Under the pieces are notes generated by a model. That model had not been told where the DNA came from. It saw nothing but the letters and a program-made list of their open reading frames with translations, and searched no databases. A program made the position numbers and the translations under genes. A stretch of 64,000 nt of DNA from Spirochaetia bacterium (GTDB taxonomy: Bacteria; Spirochaetota; Spirochaetia; CADAEX01): assembly GCA_963662265.2 (NCBI GenBank), contig CAXXHA010000032.1, positions 96,001 through 160,000 on the forward strand, read 5' to 3'. The stretch's first letter is position 1; the number at the start of each line of letters is the position of its first letter. Shown one piece after another: positions 10,315 through 20,262 of this stretch.

Positions 10315-11076
10315 CTACCTGACTCCCCTCACACCCTTCATCCATGGAAAAAGTGTTTCAACTGTTTTCAGGGCAGTAAATTCAATTAAAAGCCCCAGCA
10401 CACCGATCATAATTATCCCGAGGTACACAATATCTGTCCTCGCCATCTCTTCGGCATCCAGAATCATGTAACCAAGTCCTGATGATGCTGCAATCATTTC
10501 AGCGCCAATCAGGGCCCTCCAGCAGTATGCGAATCCCAGGCGAAGCCCTGTTATTATTGAAGGAAGCGCTTCAGGGATCAGTATATGAAATATTTTTTCC
10601 CGGTAAGAGAGTTCAAGAGTATCTCCCATTTCAAGTATTCTCCTGTCAACCTGTGAAAGGCCTGAAAAAGTATCAAGAAAAATAGGGAAAAAGCTTGCAA
10701 GGAATATTATAGCCAGTTTTGACCCTTCTCCGATCCCGAACCACAGAATAAGAAGCGGAACAGTTGCAAGAGGCGGAATACTTTTCAAAAGTGAAAAAAA
10801 ACCTTTGAAAAAAGTGTATAAACCGGGTATAAAGTAAAAAGAGAAAGAGAGAGGGACTGCAATCATTACAGTCAGCGAAAAACCGTAAATCACCCGTAAA
10901 AAGGAAATACCTATATGGGTAAAAAGTTTTCCGTTTTCCAGAAGGACAATTCCGCTCCTGAACACTTTAAACGGAGAAGGCACGAGAAAAGAATTGGCTG
11001 TTCCGGTTTCAGAGATTACAAGCCAGAATATGAATAATATGATGATCAGCAGTGTCTGATTCAGTATTTTTTTCAT
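10315..11076 (-). CDS. ABC permease, SsuC/TauC family
   Basis: Motifs IPPLATVPLLILWFGIGE and LIGAEMIAASSGLGYMI. Confidence 0.9.
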   Translation of the reverse strand: MKKILNQTLLIIILFIFWLVISETGTANSFLVPSPFKVFRSGIVLLENGKLFTHIGISFLRVIYGFSLTVMIAVPLSFSFYFIPGLYTFFKGFFSLLKSIPPLATVPLLILWFGIGEGSKLAIIFLASFFPIFLDTFSGLSQVDRRILEMGDTLELSYREKIFHILIPEALPSIITGLRLGFAYCWRALIGAEMIAASSGLGYMILDAEEMARTDIVYLGIIMIGVLGLLIEFTALKTVETLFPWMKGVRGVR

Positions 11077-11168
11077 TGCAGTTAATATTATCTAATTAAC
11101 TTACATATATCAACTCTCATCACGCAGAAATCAATAAAACATTTTTAAAATTACTTATAAAAAAAGGC

Positions 11169-11231
11169 TTGTCACCCGATATATAGTGTGATAATATCTT
11201 TTTATCAGAAAACAACACCCACATATAGCGG
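11169..11231 (+). promoter_or_regulatory. nrdR-nrdD promoter with two NrdR boxes
   Basis: TTGTCA-17bp-TAATAT. Boxes ACCCGATATATAGTGT (11174-11189) and CACCCACATATAGCGG (11216-11231) lie 42 bp apart and resemble the consensus ACACnATATATnGTGT. Confidence 0.8.
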
Positions 11232-11256
11232 GTAATTTATTAAGGGTAATTAAAAA

Positions 11257-11715
11257 ATGAAATGCCCTCATTGCGGCAATCCTGAAGACAGGGTTATAGA
11301 ATCACGACAGAATGCCAGCGCAACAGTAATACGAAGAAGGCGGGAATGTCTGGAATGCAGATACCGCTTCACATCCTATGAGCATATTGAAGAAAAGCAG
11401 CTCATGGTAATAAAGAGGGATGGAAGCAGAGAGAATTTCGACACCCAGAAGATTTTCAGAGGTCTTTCAAAATCGCTTGAAAAAAGACCTGTTACAGGAG
11501 ATCAGATTGAAGCGCTTCTTCACGCAATTGAAGATGAAGCATACAGCGTTGGAAAAAAAGGACACGAAATATCAACTGAAGATTTGGGCGAAATTGTGCT
11601 CAGACAGCTCTTCAAACTGGATAAGGTAGCATATGTCCGCTTTGCATCAGTCTACAAGATGTTCAGCAATGTAAATGAATTTATTAAGGAAATTGAAAAA
11701 ATACCTGAAGAATGA
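11257..11715 (+). CDS. nrdR: Transcriptional repressor NrdR
   Basis: Zn ribbon MKCPHC...RRRRECLEC, ATP cone, and VAYVRFASVY. Confidence 0.97.
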   Translation: MKCPHCGNPEDRVIESRQNASATVIRRRRECLECRYRFTSYEHIEEKQLMVIKRDGSRENFDTQKIFRGLSKSLEKRPVTGDQIEALLHAIEDEAYSVGKKGHEISTEDLGEIVLRQLFKLDKVAYVRFASVYKMFSNVNEFIKEIEKIPEE

Positions 11716-11832
11716 AAAGGCAGGCAGCACTTTCATCTCAGAGTACGGCAGGAAACGAATCTTAACACAGCTTCGTTTATTTTGCATGATCTGAGAAAAA
11801 TTTCAGGGACAATCAGAGGGGGGATTGTGACG

Positions 11833-13932
11833 GTGAATACCAGCAACGACTGGAAAGCCTTTCTGGATCTTGATGAACAGGGAAGCAGCAGAGTTATTCA
11901 GCAGATTGTAAAAAGAGACGGAAAAATTGAGCAGTATGACAGGTGGAAAATTGCCAGTGCAATAAGCAGGGCAATAATTGCAGTAAGAGAGAAAGAAGAC
12001 AAGGAACTTACAGAAAAACTTACTGCTAGAACAGAAGATAAAATCAGGGAATTCAAACTGACAAGGCATCCCAATTCAATACCTGCTATTGAGGAAATTC
12101 AGGATATTGTTGAAACTGTTCTCATAGAAGAAAACATGCCGTCAATTGCAAAAGCTTATATAATTTACAGGGTCAAGCATGAGGCACTCAGAGATGCCAG
12201 GAAACTGATGCTTGATATCAACTCTACAATGGACGGCTATCTTTCGCAGTCAGACTGGAGAGTCAACGAGAATGCAAATGTAAATTTCTCGCTGGGAGGG
12301 CTGATTCTCCATAATTCAGGAACAATAACTGCAAACTACTGGCTTAAAAATATCTATTCAGAAGATATTGCAGATGCTCACAAGAATGCCGACTTTCATA
12401 TTCATGACCTTTCAATGTTTTCAGGATACTGTGCAGGATGGTCACTGAGGCAGCTGATTCAGGAAGGACTCGGAGGTGTGCCGGATAAAATTACATCAAA
12501 GCCGGCAAAACACCTTTCAACCCTTGTTCAGCAGATTGTCAACTTCCTGGGAATAATGCAGAACGAATGGGCGGGTGCTCAGGCACTTTCAAGTTTTGAC
12601 ACATACCTTGCCCCGTTTGTAAAGGCTGACAAGCTTACACACAAGAATACAAAACAGTATCTGCAGAGCTTTGTTTTCGGAGTCAACACACCATCCAGGT
12701 GGGGAAGCCAGGCTCCGTTTACAAACATAACTCTCGACTGGACAGTACCGGAGGATCTTAAGGATAAACCGGCTATTGTAGGCGGTGTTGAAATGGATTT
12801 CACATACGGCGACTGCCAGAGGGAAATGGATATTATCAACAGGGCTTTTATAGAGCTAATGCTTGACGGAGATGCAAACGGACGGGGATTCCAGTACCCT
12901 ATTCCGACTTACAACATAACAAGAAATTTCGACTGGGACAGCGACAATGCAAAACTGCTTTTTGAAATGACTGCAAAATATGGAACACCTAATTTTCAGA
13001 ATTTCATTAACAGCGATCTCAACCCTGAGGATGTGAGGTCTATGTGCTGCCGTCTCCAGCTGGACAAAAGGGAACTCAGAAAACGGGGAGGGGGACTATT
13101 CGGTTCTGATGAATTTACAGGATCAATCGGCGTTGTAACTATCAACCTGCCCCGAATCGGCTATCTGGCCGGTTCAAAGGTTGATTTTTACAACCGTCTC
13201 TCAAACCTCATGGATATAGCATCAAAATCACTTTCAATCAAACGGAAAGTGATAAACAGGCTGATGAATGCGGGTCTTTTTCCATATACAAGGCGATATC
13301 TCAAGCACCTGAACAACCATTTTTCAACAATCGGTATTTCAGGAATGAACGAGTGCCTTTTAAACTTTCTGGGAAAAGATATAACTGAAGAAGAGGGAAA
13401 GGCATTTGCTGAAGAAATCCTTGATTTCATGAGAGAAAGGCTTTCTGAATATCAGGAAAAAACAGGTGATCTCTTCAACCTCGAAGCAACTCCTGCCGAG
13501 AGTACAAGCTATCGCCTTGCAAAGCATGACAGGGAACATTATCCCGATATTATTACATCAGGGGAAAAAGACCCTTATTACACAAACTCTTCCCAGCTGC
13601 CTGTTAACTTCACAACAGATATTTTCGAAGCGCTGGATCACCAGGAATCGCTTCAGACAAAATATACCGGCGGAACAATGTTTCACGGCTTTATCGGGGA
13701 AGCGCTTGATGACTGGGAATCATGCAGCAAACTTGTCAAAGCCATGGCAAACAACTATAAAATTCCGTTTTTTACTATTTCGCCGACCTTTTCCGTATGT
13801 CCGATCCACGGATACCTTTCAGGGGAGCACTTTTACTGCCCCAAATGCAAAGAGGAAGAGGAAAACGAAATAAAAAAACAGATTGCTGAATTAAAAAAAG
13901 AAAAAGAAAAATTAATCGGGGGGGAAAAATGA
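11833..13932 (+). CDS. nrdD: Class III anaerobic ribonucleoside-triphosphate reductase, catalytic part lacking the glycyl-radical loop
   Basis: ATP cone (IVKRDG), HIHDL, GYCAGWS, finger loop SMCCRL, EATPAES and Zn site CPIH/CPKC; ends without RIVGY. Likely GTG start at 11833 after GAGGGGGG; the ORF track opens at 11782. Confidence 0.93.
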   Translation: MNTSNDWKAFLDLDEQGSSRVIQQIVKRDGKIEQYDRWKIASAISRAIIAVREKEDKELTEKLTARTEDKIREFKLTRHPNSIPAIEEIQDIVETVLIEENMPSIAKAYIIYRVKHEALRDARKLMLDINSTMDGYLSQSDWRVNENANVNFSLGGLILHNSGTITANYWLKNIYSEDIADAHKNADFHIHDLSMFSGYCAGWSLRQLIQEGLGGVPDKITSKPAKHLSTLVQQIVNFLGIMQNEWAGAQALSSFDTYLAPFVKADKLTHKNTKQYLQSFVFGVNTPSRWGSQAPFTNITLDWTVPEDLKDKPAIVGGVEMDFTYGDCQREMDIINRAFIELMLDGDANGRGFQYPIPTYNITRNFDWDSDNAKLLFEMTAKYGTPNFQNFINSDLNPEDVRSMCCRLQLDKRELRKRGGGLFGSDEFTGSIGVVTINLPRIGYLAGSKVDFYNRLSNLMDIASKSLSIKRKVINRLMNAGLFPYTRRYLKHLNNHFSTIGISGMNECLLNFLGKDITEEEGKAFAEEILDFMRERLSEYQEKTGDLFNLEATPAESTSYRLAKHDREHYPDIITSGEKDPYYTNSSQLPVNFTTDIFEALDHQESLQTKYTGGTMFHGFIGEALDDWESCSKLVKAMANNYKIPFFTISPTFSVCPIHGYLSGEHFYCPKCKEEEENEIKKQIAELKKEKEKLIGGEK

Positions 13933-14438
13933 CATCAGTAGAAAAAATTGATTCACAGATCATTGAACTGGAAAGGCAGCTTAACGAAGTGAAAGGAACA
14001 GAAGCTGAAGTATATACAAGAATTGTAGGCTACTACAGGGCTGTTAAAAACTGGAACAAGGGAAAAAGAGAGGAATACAACCACAGGATCTGCTTTTCAG
14101 AATACAGCAGCACTGAAAAAAAAACAGAAAATGCTGCACCATGTGAAGAAAAAACAGACAGCCAGATAAGTTTTTCAGATGCGGTGAAATACAAATACTT
14201 TTTCAGAAAAACCTGCCCGAACTGCCCTTCTGTAAAGGGATATGTTGAAAACCTTGAGCTGGACAGCGAGCACATAGATGTGGATACAGAAAACGGGCTT
14301 GAATCAGCATCAGATTCACAGGTTTTCGGTGTGCCTACAGTAGTATTCTACGACAACAGCGACAATGAGATATTCAGGGCCCACAACCTGAAAGATCTTA
14401 AAGAAAATATTGATTCAGAAATAGCAGCAGCTGTTTAA
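13929..14438 (+). CDS. Stand-alone NrdD glycyl-radical domain fused to a glutaredoxin/thioredoxin-like domain
   Basis: EVYTRIVGYYRAVKNWNKGKREE, then FFRKTCPNC...GVPTVVF; ATGA overlap with nrdD. Confidence 0.88.
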   Translation: MTSVEKIDSQIIELERQLNEVKGTEAEVYTRIVGYYRAVKNWNKGKREEYNHRICFSEYSSTEKKTENAAPCEEKTDSQISFSDAVKYKYFFRKTCPNCPSVKGYVENLELDSEHIDVDTENGLESASDSQVFGVPTVVFYDNSDNEIFRAHNLKDLKENIDSEIAAAV

Positions 14439-14442
14439 TCAT

Positions 14443-15138
14443 ATGTCTGTAACAAAAGCAGGACTTCTGAAAACAACCCTGCTTGATTATCCCGGAAAGG
14501 TTGCATCAACTGTATTCCTTCCGGGATGTAATTTCAGATGTCCTTACTGCCACAACAGAGACCTTGTTCTGAATAATGATTATTCGCTGATTCCATCTGA
14601 AGATATTATTGAATATATCAATTCAAAAAAGAACATACTTGAAGGAATATGCATAACAGGCGGCGAGCCGCTCATACACAAAGATCTCAACATGCTTATC
14701 TCAAGAATAAAAGATATGGGGCTTTCCGTAAAACTGGATACAAACGGTTCATTTCCGGAAAAGCTCCCTGATATTAATGTTGATTATATTGCTATGGATA
14801 TAAAAACTGTTCCTGAAAAATACAGCCTTGTTGCAGGAAACATTATAGACAGGAATCTCAGTTCAAAAATAACAGAGTCGATAGACTGGATAAAGAATTC
14901 CGGTATTGATCATGAATTCAGGACAACTCTTGTACCCGGAATAGTTGATTACAGTGATATGGAAAAAATTGCGGAACTTGCAGAAGGATGCATGAGGTAC
15001 ACACTCAACAGGTTTCAGGCTGTCAACACACTTGACAGCGAATGGGAAAAACATATCACATATTCTGACGAAGAATACAAAGAGTTTGTCAGAATACTGG
15101 AAAAAAGAAATATACCTGCTGTATTGAGAGGTGCATAA
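14443..15138 (+). CDS. nrdG: Anaerobic RNR activating enzyme (radical SAM)
   Basis: Motifs LLDYPGK, GCNFRCPYCHN, ITGGEP and KLDTNGS. Confidence 0.93.
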   Translation: MSVTKAGLLKTTLLDYPGKVASTVFLPGCNFRCPYCHNRDLVLNNDYSLIPSEDIIEYINSKKNILEGICITGGEPLIHKDLNMLISRIKDMGLSVKLDTNGSFPEKLPDINVDYIAMDIKTVPEKYSLVAGNIIDRNLSSKITESIDWIKNSGIDHEFRTTLVPGIVDYSDMEKIAELAEGCMRYTLNRFQAVNTLDSEWEKHITYSDEEYKEFVRILEKRNIPAVLRGA

Positions 15139-15326
15139 AACTGTCTTGCCGGCATTCAGTTGCGTTGCTGTTCTTGCCAGCAATGAAACAAGAACATCGT
15201 TCAAGTAAGTCATTACATGTTCGGGAAGACAGCAGCAGGTTTATATCTGTAAAGATACATAACTTTTCAGCTCACATCATAATTCACAGCACAAAAAACC
15301 CGGTACGCGGAATCAGGAGGAAATAA

Positions 15327-17295
15327 TTATCTTTTGATATTTTCAAGAAGCTTTATTATGTAAAGCTCGACATATCTTTTATAGGGTTCCTGTTTCTTTA
15401 TCCCGACATTTGATGTTTTATTCACAAGGTCTTCGGCAAGTGCTGATATCCTCTTTGCATCAGGAGGATATTTCATGAAAAGCTTCTTTTTTGTCCTGAT
15501 AAAATCCCTTATGAGAGAATTGACATCTTCAACAAGATTTGCCCTTGCCTGTTCATCATAAAGAGGATTCCATTTCTCGGAAAGCCTCATCCAGACCCTC
15601 GTTTATATTGCTTTTATCTGAACCGAGAAAACTGTTTCTTCAGGGTTCTTACTGCTGCAGCATAATTTGCGCTGTCTTTTGCCTTATCGACTGAAGAAGG
15701 CTTGTACATTGCAGGGCTGATTCATAGCTTCCGGCGGCCTGAGTTCCTGGTAAGCAGACCCGTTTCCAGCTTCCTGCATATCTGCAGAAGTATCTTTACT
15801 TCTTTTTCTTTCCGGTGAACATCCTGCCCAGCATTACAATCATCTTTCCAAATACAGGAAGGCTGTATACAATAGGAAGGTTAACCCTGGCCTCTTTTAA
15901 AAGGTCTACCCTGTCAACACCAAGAAGGTTGTCGAGTGTCTTGAATTTCCCATTTGAGGCAAAACAGCCTGACACGGAATTTTTAATATTTTCATGCAGG
16001 GAATTTGACTGGTTGGAAAGATATATAAGCCCGGGATTAAGAAGGGCGTTGAGAAGTTTATGATCATTTTTAACACAATCTTCAATTGCTGCTATAAAAA
16101 CATCATCACGCTGCATATCTTTTGTCTTGTTGAAATTTTTCATGTTTTCGGTCCATTTCACCAGGAACTGATCATGAACCTCTTTACCTGAATCTATGAG
16201 TTTTTTAAGAAAAACCTGGGGAACCATATCCCCTCTGGATATAGTATTCCTTTCGCCGCTCAGGAACCACTCTTACAAGATAGGGAAGATCCTCCCCTTC
16301 TTTTACAGCTGTCTCTCTTTTTATAAAATTGTTGACAAAATCCCTGCTATACTTGGAACTGTATGCTTTTCCGCTTTTATCTTTCAGATCATACATTTCA
16401 GTAATTGAAAATATATGTGGCGGTTTTTTTACAGAGTCTGAAAGCTCCTTATAATCTGTTTTCTTCTGGTTTTCCTTCTGCATCAGCCCCCTGAAATAAG
16501 TGATAAAGGGCTCTGAGCATATAAAGGGACTGGCATGTGTATATATCTGATGCTGTTTTAATCATTCTTGTCCAGAACATCTTTTATGACTTTATTACAG
16601 AAAAATGAGAAAAATTTGAATGAAAAATCATTAGGCTTAAGCACCTGGTTCTTGAAATTACCGGGACCTGCAAGTATGGATTCCATAAGCTTTTTAACTG
16701 CAAGGTCCTTTCCGGGAATTGCCTTACGGAGATATCTTCCTATATATGCATAGTTATTCTGATTCCTCACATAAAGATGGAGTTTTTTCAAAACAACATC
16801 AAACAGTATATTTTTAAGAATTTCCGGAGGAAGTACAATATCTCCTATTCCCTCGGGAAACTGGATAAGAACAACCTTTCCCTTCTCATCATCAGACAGT
16901 TTCATCGTATTAAGAAAATCTGTCTTAATATCAAAAACAATTATCCAGCTGTTATCAATCATAAAACTGAATGATTTCAGGTCAGGATAGGGCAATTCAG
17001 GCCTGTCTTCAAGTTCCTTGTATTTAGGCAGAATAAGCTGTCTGTAATATTTATGAACCTGAAATGAGGAAATACGGGAAGCATCATAATTGATTGTACA
17101 GCTCCCGTCATGCTCCATTTTTTTCAGCATCGGTATTGCAGCCAGTTTAAAATCCTCAAGATTCCTTGCTTCAATACTTCCCTTATTGGATTCATAATAG
17201 GAAGTCAGCTGATCCATAAAAAACGTGTAGTTTATTGAGGGATTACGCCTCTTGATAATAAGTGCTTTAATAATCTTTTCAATTACTTCATTCAT
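15327..17295 (-). pseudogene. One hypothetical protein of about 650 aa broken by several +1 frameshifts (pseudogene or assembly errors)
   Basis: Four colinear ORF pieces (16558-17295, 16205-16483, 15796-16227, 15327-15590) join after removing single extra bases, e.g. GAT[T]AAA, GCC[C]TTT and AGG[G]GAT. Confidence 0.7.
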
Positions 17296-17310
17296 AATAT
17301 TTACTATATT

Positions 17311-18138
17311 TTAATATGATTTAAGTTTATCTTCCACTTCTTTTATTATCCAGTCAGGTGTAGATGCACCTGCTGTTATCCCAACTATGCTGAAATCCCC
17401 TATTTCCGGAGGAATTTCATCTGCTTTTTCAATATGCCATGAATTTCGGTTTGCTTTCAGGGCTGTATTGTAAAGACGCCTTGTATTGGCACTGTTTTTA
17501 CCCCCAATAACAATTACAGCTTCAACCTGCTCAAGAAGACTGGAAAGAGCCTTCTGCCTCTTCGCCGTGGCAGGACATATTGACTTGCTTATCTGAATAT
17601 TGCAGACCTTTGATGAAAGTATACGGCAAATTTCATCATATTCCCTTTCACTGAAAGTTGTCTGGCTTATTACCAGTGTGTTTTCCGGTATGGAAAGTTT
17701 TTCCGCATCCGCAGCACTCTGAACAATATCAACTGACGAGGCATACCCGGCAATCCCGATAACCTCCCCATGGTCCCTGTCACCAGCAATTACAACATGA
17801 CATCCTTTTTCCGATGCTTCAAGAACCTTTTTCTGAGAATGAAGAACCCTCGGACATGTTGCATCCACAAGTTTTTCACATTTCTCTTCAAGCATCACTT
17901 TGATTTCAGGCTGTATACCATGCGCCCGTATAACTACTACCCCTTCCGCATCTTCTGGATTCTCAAGCACTCTTACCCCGTTCTTCTCAAGATCCTCAAG
18001 CACAAGCCGGTTGTGAATCAACGGACCGAAAGTATATACAGGGCAGGAAGGGGATGAATCTATAATATCCTGAACTATCTGCATAGCACGTCTTACCCCC
18101 ATACAGAAGCCCATGTTTTCAGCTTTAACAATATGCAT
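17311..18138 (-). CDS. ispH: 4-hydroxy-3-methylbut-2-enyl diphosphate reductase
   Basis: Motifs GFCMGV, LIHN, RAHG, DATCP, ICPAT, SANT and GITAGASTP. Likely start MHIVKA at 18138 (ORF track gives 18177). Confidence 0.95.
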   Translation of the reverse strand: MHIVKAENMGFCMGVRRAMQIVQDIIDSSPSCPVYTFGPLIHNRLVLEDLEKNGVRVLENPEDAEGVVVIRAHGIQPEIKVMLEEKCEKLVDATCPRVLHSQKKVLEASEKGCHVVIAGDRDHGEVIGIAGYASSVDIVQSAADAEKLSIPENTLVISQTTFSEREYDEICRILSSKVCNIQISKSICPATAKRQKALSSLLEQVEAVIVIGGKNSANTRRLYNTALKANRNSWHIEKADEIPPEIGDFSIVGITAGASTPDWIIKEVEDKLKSY

Positions 18139-18181
18139 AACAGTTATTGTACAGACATTTAAATCTTTCGTAAACAATGTT

Positions 18182-18820
18182 TTAGCATAGTTTATTTTTC
18201 TTTATGCTCATGGTAAGACCATGCCCGACAGGGAGCATTGATGAGTAAAGGTCGTCCCTGCTGTATATCATACGGTTGTATTCATCAGTATAACGGCCAA
18301 GATTTTTCCTCACATCGGGATTTGCCCTGAACAGTGTATCATCCGCAACTATCAATCCTCCGTCCCTGGTAAGATCATATATACGGTCAATCATAAGAGG
18401 GTAAAGATATTTTCCGCAATCCTGAAATACAATATCAAATTTCCCTCTGTATACGGAGAGCAGTTTTTCAGCCTCTTTCTCGGCATCTGCAAACCTCATC
18501 TCCACAATATCATCAAGTCCTGCTTTTTTTATATTTGCCTCAGCCTCTGTCCTGGTCCTGGGGTGGTTATCTACAGTGATAAGACGCCCTCCCCTCTCTT
18601 TAAGCGCTTCACCAATCCATATTGAGGAATTCCCGATCCCGGTACCGAATTCAAGAACCAGCTCTGCCCCGGTCAGCTTAACAAGGAAAGAAAGAAACCT
18701 CCCTGTTTCAGGTTCAACAAAAGGCTGTATATCATCCCGCCCTTCACTTTCTTTCTCAATATCAGATACAGTTTTATTATCGTAATGCACAAAACTCCGA
18801 AGATATTCAAGTTCATTCAT
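18182..18820 (-). CDS. SAM-dependent O-methyltransferase (YrrM/TrmR-like family)
   Basis: Motifs VLEFGTGIGNS, FDIVFQDCGK and GGLIVADD. Confidence 0.85.
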   Translation of the reverse strand: MNELEYLRSFVHYDNKTVSDIEKESEGRDDIQPFVEPETGRFLSFLVKLTGAELVLEFGTGIGNSSIWIGEALKERGGRLITVDNHPRTRTEAEANIKKAGLDDIVEMRFADAEKEAEKLLSVYRGKFDIVFQDCGKYLYPLMIDRIYDLTRDGGLIVADDTLFRANPDVRKNLGRYTDEYNRMIYSRDDLYSSMLPVGHGLTMSIKKNKLC

Positions 18821-18972
18821 AAAACCATACTATCATTTAATATACAGAGTGATAATTTATAAAATCATATTATTAATAATATTTGCAATTTTTTTCACAA
18901 TCAATGTTTAAAATAGATAAAATTATTGATCCCATAATTGACTAACAAATAATTTTAAGGGAAATTATTACT

Positions 18973-19698
18973 ATGAGATCAGTACCAGAAAAACTAAAAG
19001 AACGTTATACGTGGTTCAAGAAGCATTCAGCCCTTGAAAAAACACCGGGATTCGCGCTTGAGATTATTTCAGATGACAAGCCGGGGCTGATATCAGACAT
19101 GTCGGCAGTAATTTATGAAAACGGCGGCAACCTGGCATTTTTCCAGTCATGGAATGAATATGACGGAAAACCGCATACACTGCTGCAGATCGACAATGAC
19201 TGCTGTGAAAAGACAATAATCGAAAAACTTTCAAAAATCAGAGAGATAAATTCAATAAAACATATCCCTACAAATATTAACACCTGGGGAAAAAGAATAA
19301 TCATAATCGGCGGAGGTGCACAGGTTGCAAGTGTTGCCTCTGGTGCTATAGCAGAAGCTGACAGGCACAATATACGGGGAGAAACCATATCTGTTGATAC
19401 AACAGCGATTGTCGGTGAAAAAGAGATTGCAAACACAATTCTTGCAGTTGGGAAACTTCACCGTGCGGGAATGCTTGTTCTCGCAGGGGCCCTGATGGGC
19501 GGCAAAATCACCGAAGCTGTAAAAACACTGAGGGAAGAATACGGTATTCCGGTTCTTGCGCTGAGCATGGCAGGCTCTGTTACAGAAGAGGCCGACCTTG
19601 TAGTTACAGACCCTATTGAAGCAGGTGTAATGTCAGTAATGCTGATAAGCAATGTCGGGAAATTCAACCTTCTTAAAGTCGAGGGTAACCGGTATTAG
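18973..19698 (+). CDS. ACT-domain protein of the archaeal COG1707/DUF5612 type
   Basis: N-terminal ACT domain (DKPGLISD), then GKRIIIIGGGAQVA...GAIAEADRHNIRGETISVDT...LVLAGALMGGKI...VTDPIEAG. Confidence 0.8.
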   Translation: MRSVPEKLKERYTWFKKHSALEKTPGFALEIISDDKPGLISDMSAVIYENGGNLAFFQSWNEYDGKPHTLLQIDNDCCEKTIIEKLSKIREINSIKHIPTNINTWGKRIIIIGGGAQVASVASGAIAEADRHNIRGETISVDTTAIVGEKEIANTILAVGKLHRAGMLVLAGALMGGKITEAVKTLREEYGIPVLALSMAGSVTEEADLVVTDPIEAGVMSVMLISNVGKFNLLKVEGNRY

Positions 19699-19707
19699 AA
19701 AGCGGGA

Positions 19708-20008
19708 GCCTTGAAAACCTTCTCAGGTTTTCTCCTTCCGGCATCTGCATTCGGAAATTGCTCTTTGGGAATTTCCTAACAGATGCCTTGAAAACCTTCT
19801 CAGGTTTTCTCCTTCCGGCATCTGCATTCGGAAATTGCTCTTTGGGAATTTCCTAACAGATGCCTTGAAAACCTTCTCAGGTTTTCTCCTTCCGGCATCT
19901 GCATTCGGAAATTGCTCTTTGGGAATTTCCTAACAGATACCTTGAAAACCTTCTCAGGTTTTCTCCTTCCGGCATCTGCATTCGGAAATTGCTCTTTGGG
20001 AATTTCCT
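19708..20008. repeat. Tandem array of about 3.9 near-identical 77-bp palindromic units
   Basis: Units start at 19708, 19785, 19862 and 19939. Unit sequence: GCCTTGAAAACCTTCTCAGGTTTTCTCCTTCCGGCATCTGCATTCGGAAATTGCTCTTTGGGAATTTCCTAACAGAT. Confidence 0.97.
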
Positions 20009-20262
20009 CGTTATTTATTGAAATTTTAGTTAGATGCTCTATACTTATATATATGACATATTGTTATTTAAAAAATACAAAAAGCTTCATGTCATCAATC
20101 AGCAAAATTTTACACATCTTGAGTCTCTGCTGGATACATCTGCAAAAAAAATCTGGAAAACATCACAATTTTCTCAGTTTTACCGGATGTATGAATTTCA
20201 AGAGGAATTTTCCAATCTTTATTCCGGAGATTGAAAGATACCATGTTGAAAAGGAGCTGTAA

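Noticed and set aside
19708-20008. CRISPR array
   Set aside because: The units are identical end to end with no unique spacers, and there are no cas genes in the window.
19708-20008. Tandem glycine riboswitch (minus strand GCCGGAAGGAG...TTTCAAGGCA resembles the P3 region)
   Set aside because: It lacks the GGAGA junction and CUCUCAGG, there is no downstream gene on that strand, and the 39-kb copy does not keep GAAGGAG.
19912-20262. 116-aa and 66-aa ORFs after the repeat
   Set aside because: The first starts inside the repeat; neither has a clear RBS or any recognisable motif.
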